A stretch of 64,000 nucleotides of DNA from Lingula anatina (Eukaryota; Animalia; Brachiopoda), in NCBI GenBank assembly GCA_051362555.1, contig CM120647.1, positions 1,426,001 through 1,490,000 of the forward strand, written 5' to 3'. Positions 13,701 to 25,709 of the stretch are shown in pieces (positions within the stretch are counted from its first letter, which is position 1; the number at the start of each line of letters is the position of its first letter). The notes under the pieces were generated by a model. It did no database searches, had not been told where the DNA came from, and was given only the letters and a program-made list of their open reading frames with translations. A program made the translations under genes and the position numbers.

Positions 13701-13945
13701 GGATGTAAAGATGTAATTCAATTTTGACTGCTTGTCTTGCTGATATTGTGAGAGTAAATTAAAATGAATTAAAATGTTTTCCCAATTTCTTGTGCTTCTG
13801 CTGACAATTCAGAATAAATAAGATATCGAACTGTCTGTCTGTCTATGCATTTTGTGTGTTGAATGTATCCAGTAGTGAACTGGATGGCGATATGCACCAG
13901 TAACAGTGTGTAAACCTTCCTGTAACTGACAATACCAAACATTAA

Positions 13946-14936
13946 AGACAGTCTCAGCGCGTTAAACCCTTAAAATAGCAAGAAAATGAATTTTCCTGGA
14001 AATCTCACCAATTTCCCCATAATGACCAAGGTATATCCTATCCAAAACCGTTCAGAAAATGAAGCTACCTAATACCGTTTTTAAGTTCCATTAAATAATA
14101 AAAGACGACTCGTCTTAAATACTCAGCTACCACCTCACAGTACGGCTTCAGAACGCGCAATTTCTCGCTAAGTCTCGCGGTTTACTATGAATGAAGTACT
14201 ACGGCTGAGACCCGGATGTTACTATTTGGCGCCAAAACAGCAAACATGGCTCAGATGCGCGTCAAGTCTGAAGAGGAGAGCGACAAAAGGGGACGAAAGA
14301 AAATAGCCACTCCAGTTCGAAAGATACGAAAGAAAATTAGAGACAGACGAAGAAGCACTCAGACTGTGTATGTTGGGAGGGAGGTGGGGCGGTGGAGGAC
14401 ACTTAAAGCTGAGTTAGGACTCACATACGAGGCAATAGCGAAACTACTCCTCGACACGTGAGTATGCGCTTCACAGGTCTCAAGTGTGTCTGATTATCAT
14501 ATTATCCTGTTCACAATAAATGACAATATTTGTGCTCATACAAAGTTGGTTACGTGTATAAGAGCGTTTTGGGCTTTACGTTTTCTGTTTTTGATCGGTA
14601 CACGTACCGAAAAGATGGACAGGCGGCACTTACATGTCTGACAAGTTTCGCTGTGTAGTCGTGACGTCTATCTCATTCTGACTGAAGCCTGCTGTGATTG
14701 GTCGTAAGCGTGGGAAAATCGAGGTCGTGACCTTGAGCCGGAAGTACTTCTGGCTGTGCTCCGAAATCATGATAAATAGTTTTCGTTTTCTAATTCTTTA
14801 TTCTAGTTGTCTTAACAGGACTTTTGTGACTCAGACTTATTAATATAATAATAAACAATCTCACAAAATACAAATCTGATCAAAGTTTTACATAGAACTT
14901 GCTTCTATACATTAATCTAACCCACTGAGACTGTCT
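13946..14936 (+). mobile_element. Non-autonomous Kolobok-type element retaining a first coding exon
   Basis: TTAA-AGACAGTCTCAG...CTGAGACTGTCT-TTAA; ORF ~14246-14457 (VYVG...RWRTLKAELGL...AKLLLD) ends at a GTGAGT donor. Confidence 0.8.
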
Positions 14937-15253
14937 TTAAATTTTCATAGCATCGATATCATCTCTTTGAAATGATTGAATGATCAGAACCATATTTAGC
15001 ACTCTTTGGAAGAGATCCTTTAGAATTGCATTACAATGAATCGTTTAAACTTTTCTAAGTGCCGTATTAGTTTTTCTGTCAATGGCATTAATCCATATAT
15101 TTCAAGAAACATGGACTTCGTTTCAAATTGTTATGATAGAATCATACAATAGTAGTTACAAAAAAGAGTGTTTCAACCTAATCACACACTGAGTGTAAGT
15201 GGTTGTCAGTACAACGTCATTGCAAACAGTGTTTTTGTCACTGATCGAGTTTA

Positions 15254-15662
15254 TGCCCCTATTTCACACAGACCACGAATCGCCATGAATTGACAAATTT
15301 CAGGATTCGTGGTTGAATCGTAATCAGTTCGTGTAGTTCTTAACACATACGTATATAATCGTAGTCAGTTCTTGCAATTCTTGATCAATCGGGATTTCGT
15401 GGCAAAAATTTTGAGCTGTTCAAAATTTTGGCCCCGAACTCCCGATTCCAAAAAATCGTAGTGAATTTCTGGACAATATTCGTGCGGTTCCAGCCGAATC
15501 TCACGAATATTAGTAACACAATCGCACCTGTATTGTAACTGAATCGTAGAGCGTGTCGAATTAGACTAGAAAATTGGCAAAATCTCACGAATCCTCACGA
15601 ATCCTGAAATTTGTTAATTCCTGGCGATTCGTGGGATTCGTGGTTTGTGTGAAATAGGCTCA
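15254..15662. mobile_element. PIF/Harbinger-type MITE with CACGAAT subterminal repeats (copy at 30762-31170)
   Basis: TTA/TTA TSD; TIR CCTATTTCACACA...TGTGTGAAATAGG. Confidence 0.8.
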
Positions 15663-15693
15663 TTAACGGAATGTCAGCTTAGTTCTGTACGTG

Positions 15694-15800
15694 CCCAGCA
15701 AACACAAAACGTTACTATAACGTCACCTTAACGTAAATTTTACCAAAAAACGTTATGATCACGTTATGGTAACGCTATAAAACGTTCTGTGTTTGGTGGG
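15694..15800. mobile_element. Short CCC...GGG MITE, CMC-like (copy at 31202-31308)
   Basis: CCCAGCAAACACAAAACGTT...AACGTTCTGTGTTTGGTGGG with TG/TG TSD. Confidence 0.8.
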
Positions 15801-16079
15801 TGGAGGTCGTTTCTGGTTTCAGACTATTTTACTCCCAACTAAAAAAATGAAATGTACAATAAAATAAAGTTAAGTGCAAGAAAACAACCCACTAGCAAAA
15901 ACGAGTTTGAGACCCTGCGCATAATTTAGAAATCGACAAAGAAAGGTGGTCAGATCGAGATTCGCAGGGAGGACCGTTTGCGTCAGATGAAAGAAGAGAT
16001 AAAAATTCCACACATGTTCACATGCTTAGGAAATCTTACAAATGCATTAATTAGTCCGTATGCACAAGTCATTTCAACG

Positions 16080-16476
16080 TGTATGCGATTACATCTATAT
16101 AGTTATACGTGAATGATTTTGAGATGGACTATCAGATGTCTGGGAGGATAAAAATGTACCAGATGAATCTTATTTTCTTAAAGGCTTTGAAACACGTTTA
16201 AGGGACAATTTTTATTCGAGAAATTCGTGAAACAATACAAAAAGCATCTAAATGTTTACTGTATAGACACTTGACGGATATTTTCGACCTACAAGGCTAT
16301 CTAGGAAGAAATCTCTCCTTTAAAACTAGACAAATTATATGTAAGTTAAGAATGTCAGATCATAAACTCACGATTGAAAAGGGGAGATACCACAGTGTTC
16401 CGAAAAAAGATAGAAAATGTATACTATGTGACCGAAATGATATAGAGGATGAGTTTCATTTTGTCTTTATCTGCCC

Positions 16477-16529
<53 letters not shown>

Positions 16530-16895
16530 TTATTTTAAGTCTAAAATCCATTTAAAATGTTCAGTAGACTTTACATAAAATATCATAAATAATACTACAT
16601 AAAATATCATAAATAAAATCTAAGTAAAACAGCCATTATTCCATACAATTAAATGCAATTAATACAAAATTTATAAAACCAATTAAGAGTTAATCAAAAT
16701 ATTTCCTAAAAAGGTATGTTTTGAGTTCTTTTTTGTAGTGACTTGAGAAGCAAATATAATAAAAAGTATTACTGGCAGAAGCCCTAGGTTTTCAAATTAA
16801 TACTGTTATTTGGAAGTCATAACCTAACAGAAAATAGAAATCTCGGAAAAATTTTATTACAGGCCTGAAAGCGCAGGGAAATTACATGTTAAGAA
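16080..16895 (+). pseudogene. LINE ORF2 3' fragment (RTEX/L2-like); copy at ~31590-34640
   Basis: KLRMSDHKLTIEKGRY...RKCILCD...EDEFHFVFICPY, resuming after an insertion as SDLRSKY..KYYWQKP; the unit 2 copy keeps the AATAAA-(CTA)n tail at ~34620. Confidence 0.8.
16479..16737 (-). mobile_element. Antisense L2/CR1-type LINE 3' tail with (ATT)n end, nested in the previous LINE (copy at 31987-32249)
   Basis: Minus strand reads KKELKTYLFRKYFD*, then an AT-rich UTR and a (TTA)n tail; host LINE reading frame continues on both sides. Confidence 0.7.
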
Positions 16896-17427
16896 CTACA
16901 TATATACATGTATATATACGAAAGATATAAATATTATACTTGACGTACTGGCAATGTGTTATCTTCATTATCATTTATTTATTTTATTGTGATTAACATT
17001 ATTATGATGTACTACATTTTTACGACGAGAAATTATATGCAACAACTCGTAACAACTTCCTATGTTTACACAATAGAAATATTTCTGATACCATCTAAAA
17101 TACATTGCTTTATAAAGCCTTAGTACAGTGATGAGAATAAAAAATAAAGGCTATGGATGAGTTCGCAAATGTTCAAACATTTGGTATTGACTTGGCAAAT
17201 CAAAAGCTGCTAAATATTTAATGCAATTTGTGAGGCAGACGCTGTAGCCCGCGTCGTAGTCCGAAAACGTTTACTATGATGAAAAAATGTTTAATTAATT
17301 AATTTATTTCTCTAAACTAAATTTGCGGTGAGAGTCACCTTCAAATCGTTCCTGTGTACTTTACAGAAGCAACCGTCATCTACATTTACACGGCGAACAA
17401 CAGAGTATTACAACATACACTGTAGCC

Positions 17428-18573
17428 TTATAATCGGGTAGTTAAAGTAGTAGTGGACGCCGTGATTGGAGTTGCGGTCGCATTTTGTCTGCTTAAGCAC
17501 TGTCCATCATTCCCAGAACCGCTAGCTGGGGTTTCAGCGTTCAGACGACAACAAAAACACTCTTTGAAAAGTTTCACCAACTCGTCCCGAAATACTTGAG
17601 CCGCAGCAACAAAAAGAAAAAAGTTAGTATTGTGATTCAGCAATCTTACCAGGAACAATATAGACCGTATGTACATGATCTGGACAAAGCGTTCTTTGAA
17701 ACTGGCACTTCCTATATCGAATACGATTACAGTTTCCAAGTAGACGTCAACGATAAAAATGGGCAAAGTGAGCAAGATAAATGCTGTCAGTGTCGTTAAC
17801 AATAGAATATTGACTTTGGTGTTCCTGGTTCCACTGCTATCACCGTGCTGCTGATGACCAGCCAGTTGATGTCTTACGGAATGGATCTTCCTAAGTTTAT
17901 ACACAATGGCGACCGTCATCGCTGTAATGGCTATTGTGATTACGAACCACACCACAAACGTTGCATACTTAAAAACGGACATAAAATGAAATGCTGTTTC
18001 TCGATTTAAATAGCAAATTACTATCAGTGGAGAACATAATAATAAAACCAGAGGAATAGGAACAACAGAAGTCAGCAAAGCCTTTCGTCTCGTGCACAGA
18101 GAAGCTGCTTGCAGAGGTTTGAAAATCATTATAAGTCTCTCTACGGTTAACACCAATATGTAATATATGGAAAGGCAAAAACATGTCAACTGTAAAACAT
18201 TTATAGCCTGCTTTACCTTGCACGAAGGTGTCAGACCTGTTCGTTCATCAACAAAGATGCAAAAGAAAGATAGGAACGACAGACGTAACTGATCCGCACC
18301 GGCAAGGAACAGAATATAAACGAAGGTGGATTTCTGTCTAAGACCCAGACTTCGAAGAACCACCAGGAAGGTGAAAAAGTTACCAACCAGGCCAATGGAT
18401 GTCAGGATGTGCACAGTGTTACACCAACATTTCTTCGACTCCATCCAGCAGTTTGGCTCTGGGGATAGCACGGTATAGTTCAAGTCGTCCGAATCGTACC
18501 TGCTAATATTTCCTTGGGAGACGCTGGTGCTATTAAAAAATCCAACATCGTTTTGATAGTCAACCTCATGCAT
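17428..18573 (-). CDS. Class A (rhodopsin-like) GPCR, FMRFamide-R-like/Srw chemoreceptor type, copy 1, 381 aa
   Basis: Intact ORF, seven hydrophobic segments, GN (TM1), LAGAD (TM2), LTVERL (DRY variant), NHNTNFFLF (NPxxY variant), FRDEL helix 8, N-terminal NxS/T sites. Confidence 0.93.
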   Translation of the reverse strand: MHEVDYQNDVGFFNSTSVSQGNISRYDSDDLNYTVLSPEPNCWMESKKCWCNTVHILTSIGLVGNFFTFLVVLRSLGLRQKSTFVYILFLAGADQLRLSFLSFFCIFVDERTGLTPSCKVKQAINVLQLTCFCLSIYYILVLTVERLIMIFKPLQAASLCTRRKALLTSVVPIPLVLLLCSPLIVICYLNRETAFHFMSVFKYATFVVWFVITIAITAMTVAIVYKLRKIHSVRHQLAGHQQHGDSSGTRNTKVNILLLTTLTAFILLTLPIFIVDVYLETVIVFDIGSASFKERFVQIMYIRSILFLVRLLNHNTNFFLFVAAAQVFRDELVKLFKECFCCRLNAETPASGSGNDGQCLSRQNATATPITASTTTLTTRL

Positions 18574-18634
18574 TGTTAGTATGTCGTCTTCGAGTTTATT
18601 CTATTCCCGTTGGTAGTCACCAATACAGTACTAG

Positions 18635-18660
18635 CTGTTCAGGAAAAGATGACAAACTAA
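18635..18660 (-). promoter_or_regulatory. Putative 3' splice acceptor 61 nt upstream of the GPCR ATG
   Basis: Minus strand TTTGTCATCTTTTCCTGAACAG, conserved at the same spacing in all copies (36695, 47635, 57603, 57899). Confidence 0.5.
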
Positions 18661-19528
18661 ACGCAGGTAGTGCGAGTATATCACCAATATCCAGTGTACC
18701 TTATTTTATCTGCAAATAAAATCTCTTTCCGACTGAATGGAGAATTGCTCCAGTAAAAGGGTGTCACTGACAATAGAAAATATTAAATTTTCATTTCGTC
18801 ATCGCTCTCTCTCTCTCTAATTGATGTATCAGTTTTTCTGTCAATGGCATTAATTTGTACGCCTTTTCTAAAAATCATTACGCTGCTTCAAATTGTTATA
18901 ATAGAATTAAATGCATTGAAAGCTATTGTGCCTAATCAAGGCAATCTTACAAATGCATTAATTAGTCCGTATGCACAAGGCATTTCAACGTGTAAAAGCC
19001 AAGCTCGGCCTACTGCAGCACGATTAGTTACCACTATAATAACGCGATGAACGGGCAATAAACTAATCATATTTCATTCGAAGAAATATGTAATTAAATT
19101 AAATAATTAAATAACACCCTCAGAAACCTTATTTATTTTTGTAATACATAATATATAAATATTTAAAATCAAAACAAAGCTGCCACTTTTTATGGTCAAG
19201 GTTACCGCGCTGAGCCTTCGCTAGAATGTGTCTGTTTTGTCACAAGTTTTAAGTTTACGCACTTTGATTTGAAGAAAATGAAAACAATTTCTAGGAATTA
19301 TGCCAATTTGGCATTTCTACTCCTTTCTGATTCCAGCAATTTGGCAAGAACAAAAATATGCTAGAGAGAGCTCAGCTGCGATAAGTGCATAAAGGACCCC
19401 TGAATACATTATAATACATTATAATACATTATAATAATATTTCCCGGCTAAATTATTAATATTACAATAACAGTTCCTGCAAACACCAAGTCTGATTCAG
19501 ACTTCTATCACGACTACAGAACACCAAT

Positions 19529-19790
19529 AAGGCCCGTAGACAGCAATTTCAAAAGGGGGCTTCTTTTTCTGAAAAAGTGGACCTTTCACCATGAAACTTT
19601 TATGTACCTAGATAAAATTTTACTCAGAGGGGACCCTTTCCAGCAAAGAAAAAAAATGGGGGATTTTTTCTCTGAAGAAGTAGAATTTTCACCATGAAAC
19701 CTTCACGTACCTAGATAAAACTTTACCCAACGGGGACATTTTCCCAGCAAAAATGGGGTGTGCTTTCGAACCCCCCTGGCTACGGGCCTG
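19529..19790. mobile_element. MITE with CAGGCCCGTAGCC-type TIR (copy at 37416-37686)
   Basis: AGGCCCGTAG...CTACGGGCCTG, imperfect 5-bp TSD CCAAT/TCAAT, internal ~110-bp duplication. Confidence 0.7.
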
Positions 19791-19996
19791 TCAATGTGCA
19801 CCAAGGCACCTAGCTTCATCAGAGATCCAGTGAGCTAGGCCTGTGGCTGCTGCTTACTATACCCAAAAGGACGCTTGTGGATGAGGGTTAAACACTGAAT
19901 AGATATCCCGTGGGGAAGTATTCAATCGGGTCTACCATATTTGACCCTCAGACTTGTTAGTCCCCTATTCTGAATGGGGCATTATTTATTTTGTAC

Positions 19997-21877
19997 CTTT
20001 GCCAATTTCACGAACACAATTTCCCCTTCTTCATATTGGGAGATGTGATGTTTCTTGGCATGTTGATGTTTCATTTTTTGGTTAGCAATGGAGTTTACAT
20101 CATCAGCCCTCTTGTGAATTGCCTTAAGCAACGACATGCGGTCCTTGATGGCTTCTGCTCTATTTTGTTCATTGCTAGTAATTTCCTGAAATCAATTAGT
20201 CACTGAACAACTGAAAGGTCAACATTGACAAACATTAAAGATGCATGTACATTGTCTACAAGAGGGAGCAGTGAGAGCAGTCTATGATCGCATTCACAAC
20301 GAGTTGAGCCAGCCTAATCTTTTAATAGTCTCTACGCCTCTCACATGCCTCCCCATGTGTCGTCCCAATGGAGCCGAGATTTAATGACTGTCCCCCCGCA
20401 GGGACGACGTGTGGGGAGGCGTGTGAGAGGCGGAGAGACTATTAAAAGATTAGGCGTTTTTTCTTTCATGTACGACCGCCATATTTAGTCCCCAGGATTT
20501 GTAAAGCCTGGCTCAACTCGTTGTGAATGCGATCTATGACAGTGTGTTTGAGGAGGGCCATAGAGGACCCATGCCCATGTAAGTAAGTACAACTGAACTG
20601 ACCTCATCATTGTTGCAATTTCCTATGGACTGTTTACTGTAATTGTACTGCCTTCCAAAGAAGACATTAAAAGGTGTCATCATGCCTGCAATTAAAAGAT
20701 GTTTGTAATAGCCTGTAATACATCATGTTGCAACCCCCCTCCCCCACTTAAAATTTTTGCTTGGACCCTTCATTACATCACCACCTGTGAGACTCATTAA
20801 GCTAGGGATAACACTGCTTCATTTCAAAAGGTATTATAGTCATTAACAACAAAGTACAAAAGATCTGTGTCATGTAGAACCTATAGAATATATATGTACC
20901 TAACGATGAATGTGCCAGGTTATTCTGAAGGAAATCGTATGTAGACAGCATTTGTGTCCAGTCAAAGCTGGGACCATGTTCAGCCATGTCTTGCTCCACC
21001 ATTCTTTTGAAACCCCTGATGACTGCATTCAACCTGGACAAATATATATAGAATAAATCAATGGGGCATATTTATTTAAAATGATGTCGAGTTTTGGTTG
21101 TATGAATGTTCAGTCCAATTAGTATGGCATCAGTTTGCAATGTAGTATTGACAGTATAGGTGATCATTACATGAGTCGGTACTTGCCTTTCCTTGTGATT
21201 GTGGATGGTATGGGCGGCCATTAATTATGGTTACACCCAATTTCTCCATTAGTGCTTGAGTGGCACTCTTGAACTCCCCACCATTGTCTGCCTGCAGTAT
21301 TGTTGGAGGTCCCACAACAGAAAAGTGGCTGCACAGCGCAGCTGCAACCGCCTCAGCAGACTTCTCTTTTAAAACCACTCGTTTAACAAATCTACTAAAC
21401 ACATCCAAAATTTCTAGCACATACTTGTACCCATTTTTTTGATATTTATTCATGTCTATTAGATCAACTTGGTTGGTTTTTTGAGGATGGGAAGCTACAA
21501 CCGGCTTTATTTGGGGCACATTGTCAAATTTTGGGCGATTTTGCGGCATTTTATTTAAAGTAGATAAAATTGGAGCCCTGCCAATGCCACTAACCGAGTT
21601 TCGTATGTGATAATACAATTTTTCTTTTCCAGCCCCTTTTGTTTTGGTGTGTGCCTCTTTTATAATTTGGGTATTTCTGACTTTTTTGGCACCACTCTCC
21701 CTTCCCACATGATTTCTGTTTTTCCATTAATTTCTTTTAGCGAATATTTTCCAGAGTCAAATCGTCTCAAAGCTGCACGGGCTTTGCCTGTTTCTATAAC
21801 TTTAGATATCTGTTGCAGTTCAACAAATTGTGCAGCATTTCATAAACAACATCATCAACTGCACTGATTCCACGGTC
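19997..21877 (-). pseudogene. Intron-containing Ginger2-like (KRBA2/SCAND3-related) integrase/transposase, frameshifted
   Basis: QVDLIDM, DVFSRF, ILQADNGGEF, GRPYHPQSQGK then spliced VExSHQ, TPFNVFFGR and SQYEEGEIVFVK; inferred exons 21877-21187, 21033-20900, 20685-20603, 20185-19997. Confidence 0.8.
20286..20534. mobile_element. Palindromic Harbinger-like MITE in an integrase intron
   Basis: TIR GATCGCATTCACAACGAGTTGAGCCAG, 3-bp TSD TAT; truncated copy 38183-38411. Confidence 0.8.
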
Positions 21878-23649
21878 CTGAAATAATGTTAAATCTGTAC
21901 TTGATTAGGTATAGCTAAATAATTTTAAAAAATGAAAATAAAATATCAATGTTACCTTTGGCTTCTTTTTTATGATATACAGATTCTGTCAGATCAGTTT
22001 GATATGTTTCTCAAATAAGATTTTTATAACACTTTGCTATGAACTTGATTGTTACATTGGAGTTGCTTACCTTTCTCTCTCTCCTCAGTTGATTGCTTTC
22101 CTCTTTGCTGGTATTTAAATCACTGTCCTAAAGTATTTAAATAAAAACTTCAATCATTTTGAAATTATTGACAAAAATGTAGGGATGAAAGGTAGCAGTT
22201 TGATATTTTGAATAAGTTATATGCGAGTTATATACAAATTCATAATTGTACTTATTTGTGAATTCCTTTGGTTTGCTTGTTTGTTAAAACATTTGCATTT
22301 GATTTGTATATTTTGAAATCCTTACGTTCTGCAATCCTATGGAGTAAGTTTTCTCCTCTGTCCCAGACAGGCAACACCCTCATCAATCTGTAAACCAAAT
22401 TCAATAAATTAAATATAAATATAGATTTTTATACAAATCCATTCATGTACATTTTTGTCAATACATTTTTCTGTTTGAAGGAGTTGAATGTGAACTAGCA
22501 TCTTTATCTAACTTTTCTATTTTCAGTTCAACAGTAGTGCCATCATCATCTTCTGTAACTTTAATCTGAAGTAATTATTAGAAAGTGGAATTAATATCAA
22601 AAACCTTAAGTTATTTAATTCTTTCATTATTTACAGCAAATACAGTGTAAAATCAACATTAACTTTTCATTGAATATTCTTGGTAATAAATTCTTGACAT
22701 TTTTTCAGGCATGGAGACAGCTCATTTACTCATATACCGAAAAAACTTCTTAGAATTTGGTGAGACACATTCAGTTGTTTACTATTGCACTTAACTGCTT
22801 TTTTTATTTCATTCAATTATAAATAGTAATATATATGTAGTTATAGATATAGATTTTTTATTTATTCATTTATTTATTTATTTATTTTTATTATTATTAT
22901 CATTATTATTATTATTATTTTTTTTTTTTGCTATATTGTACTTGCCTTGCTCTCAATGTTTGGTAAATCTGTACCACTGAACTGCACTAAAGCCCATTTC
23001 TGATTTTCATCTGTCTCTTGGAAATGAATTTATTGAATTAGGTTCCAGCTGTTAGGTGATATTAGAAGTGGAAGGTTTTGTTTGACATTAAATTATAAAT
23101 TATACATATTACATGTTATTACTCTGTTAATTGATGTCAAAGACTTATAAGTTGTAATGTATTTCCAATGTATTTCCAATTGTTAGTCTTTATTTGTGTC
23201 TTTATTTCATGTTGTAAACTATAAGTGTTTTTCTAAAATATTTTTCAGAGACCACTAGGAATACAGTTGGCTGACAAAATGTGTTTAATATATCATCCAC
23301 CAGATGCTGTATGGGATAGTGCCAAAATCTCCATAACAGTTATTAAATGGCTATAAGAAATGTGACTGTAATAGAGGCAACATCCCTGTACAGGAGAAAG
23401 TCAAGACAACTGGATAAGGCAGAATACAAAAGGAAAAACAAATGCATTATTCTTATCTTACACGGATTGCAGTGGATTTCATATGGAAGAAATATCAACA
23501 CAGTTGTGTGCATTGTGATGAATAATACAGACTAGGAATCAGTTATCCTAGCTATTACATAAGATTTTGTTATATAGACAGATAAACGCATTAATTCTTG
23601 GATTCACCACTTGCTTGAATTACTTGAAAATGCTTACAAAACAAAGTTT

Positions 23650-24030
23650 TCTGTTTATCTGGGGCACATTGTTGGAAGCCCCACAACAGCAACGGTCTCA
23701 GCAGACTTCTCTTTTAATGCCACTCGTTTAACAGATCTACTAAACACATCCAAAATTTCTAGAACTTACTTGTACCCATTTTTTTTTATATTTATCCATG
23801 TCTATCAGATTCACTTGATTGATCTTTTGGGAATGGGAGGCTACAACCGGCTTTATCTGGGGCACATTGTCAAATTTTGGGCGAATTTGCAGCATTTTCT
23901 TCAATGTAGATGAAATTGGAGCCCTGCCAATGCCACTAACTGAATTTCTTATGAAGTAATACAATCTTTCTTTTCCAGCCCCTTTTGTTTTGGTGTGTGT
24001 ATCTTTTATAATGTTGGGTACTTGTGACTT
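23650..24030 (-). pseudogene. Second, more degraded partial copy of the Ginger-like integrase exon (copy at ~40705-41082)
   Basis: IRNSVSGIGRAPI...RPKFDNVPQIKPVVASH matches 21340-21690. Confidence 0.85.
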
Positions 24031-24063
24031 TTAAGAAAATCATACAATTAATTTTCAAATGCA

Positions 24064-24138
<75 letters not shown>

Positions 24139-25631
24139 TTCCCTCTGCACAAACAATATTAAATTTCTGCTAATCGTTTTCTTAGTCAATATTGTGTTTA
24201 TTTTCTAACATTTTCCTTCTTTCATTATAAGGATTGAAGCACTATTTTGCCAATGTGATATTTAGTCTTAGTAGTCTTACCTGTAAGCGCGTTCAAAATC
24301 ATTCTGATACGGATTTCTTTATAATGTTTAGGGATATTTTTTATGACAAATACGGCCATTTTGGACGTTGTTTCCCGCACTTTAGTCACGTGGTGAAACA
24401 ACATGCGTCAAAATCAATATTTCATTTACATGTTTTAAAATAATTAGAATTCAACATATATCATAACATTACATATAGAAAGCTTATTGTAAGAATGAGC
24501 TTTTTTGAAAATTCCCTCTGGTATCAACTTTTAGAGTGCGTGCCCCTGAAGAGCATTATGAATTAAGTAAATGATATTATTTTTCTCTTTTAATGCGCGT
24601 CATACAAATTATATACAAAAAAATATATATTTTTATTTATCAATTGCACACGTTTCGCTTGGGAAAACAATCACGGAAAATGCCGATTGTGCTGAGATGG
24701 TAACTCTGCTCGCCTTCACTTCTGCATTGCTGTAGATGTGCCGGTGTTCTTGTGTAATTGTGTTATGACGTCATCACTTCATGCGCTCGTCCAATGATAT
24801 TTGAGGATCCAAGGATAGACCCGTCACAAACCTAGCTCTGCTAATAAGTTTTTCCCTTTCATATTGGTCCGCTTCAACTATTCAAAATAATTCAAGCTTT
24901 GTTTTGACCGGTGTGCATGCAGTTTGATCGAAATGCAGTGGTGGATTTAGTGGGATTGGTGTCATGGAACCGCGACCCCCCCCCCCCCCCCTCTTTGGTT
25001 TCTAAAAAAAAATCACACCAATGGTCCCCTCTTGAAATTAGAATTTTGACTAGCTGAATCACAGTTATAAACCGTATTACCTTGTAAATAGCCCTTCAGC
25101 GTGCCCCGAACCACACACCAAGAGGGAGTAGGCGCGTCGGCTTTGCATCCGCGAACCGTGGCAGGGCAAGTTGGTCTTAGGACCGGGGCAAGTTGGCACC
25201 CTACTGGTGTACTTAAATGCAGTGAATATCTATATAGTAATAGCAGATCAGCTGAAGTCTCCTTTTCACGTTTTTCATCCAAACTACAACGATCTGTTAA
25301 CAACTGACAAGTGTTAGCAATACCTAAGAGCAGTGGGAAGATGGTGGTCCTAGTTTAAATTTAATCATGAGTGTTAAAAGTATATTTTGGAGGCATTTTC
25401 TAGCCTTTGGCAATTTCCGTAAAGCTTTGGCATGTGTGACAGGTGTCATATATTGTCAATAACACTACGTCACATAGCAAGATTTGCTGCAGGCCCGTAG
25501 CCGGGGTGGGTGGTGGGTGGGGGTGGGGGCTTCGGGGGGTTCGATGTAGCCGCCATTTTCTCTGTGAAAATGTCCGCTTTGAACCAAAATTTGATCTAGA
25601 ATATATGCCCTTTTTTCATTTCGGTCAACTT

Positions 25632-25709
25632 CGGCTGGCCAAGTGGTAATCTCCGTGGCTTCCAAACACGGCGGAGTGGATTCGATTCCTACTCAGTCCG
25701 TTTTTTTTT
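25632..25709 (+). pseudogene. tRNA-like sequence (Gly-TCC-like) or SINE head with T-run
   Basis: A box TGGCCAAGTGG, stem CCGTG/CACGG around CTTCCAA, B box GATTCGATTCC, imperfect acceptor stem, T9 run. Confidence 0.5.

Noticed and set aside
16479-16555. Poly-Asn tail of ORF 16271-16555, and poly-Tyr/Ile/YI ORFs elsewhere
   Set aside because: Translations of (AAT)n, (TAT)n and (TA)n microsatellites
21130-21708. Domesticated host KRBA2/SCAND3 gene or retroviral pol
   Set aside because: Frameshifts, no KRAB/SCAN or RT/RNase H domains, and core deleted in the paralogous unit; treated as a dead Ginger-like transposase
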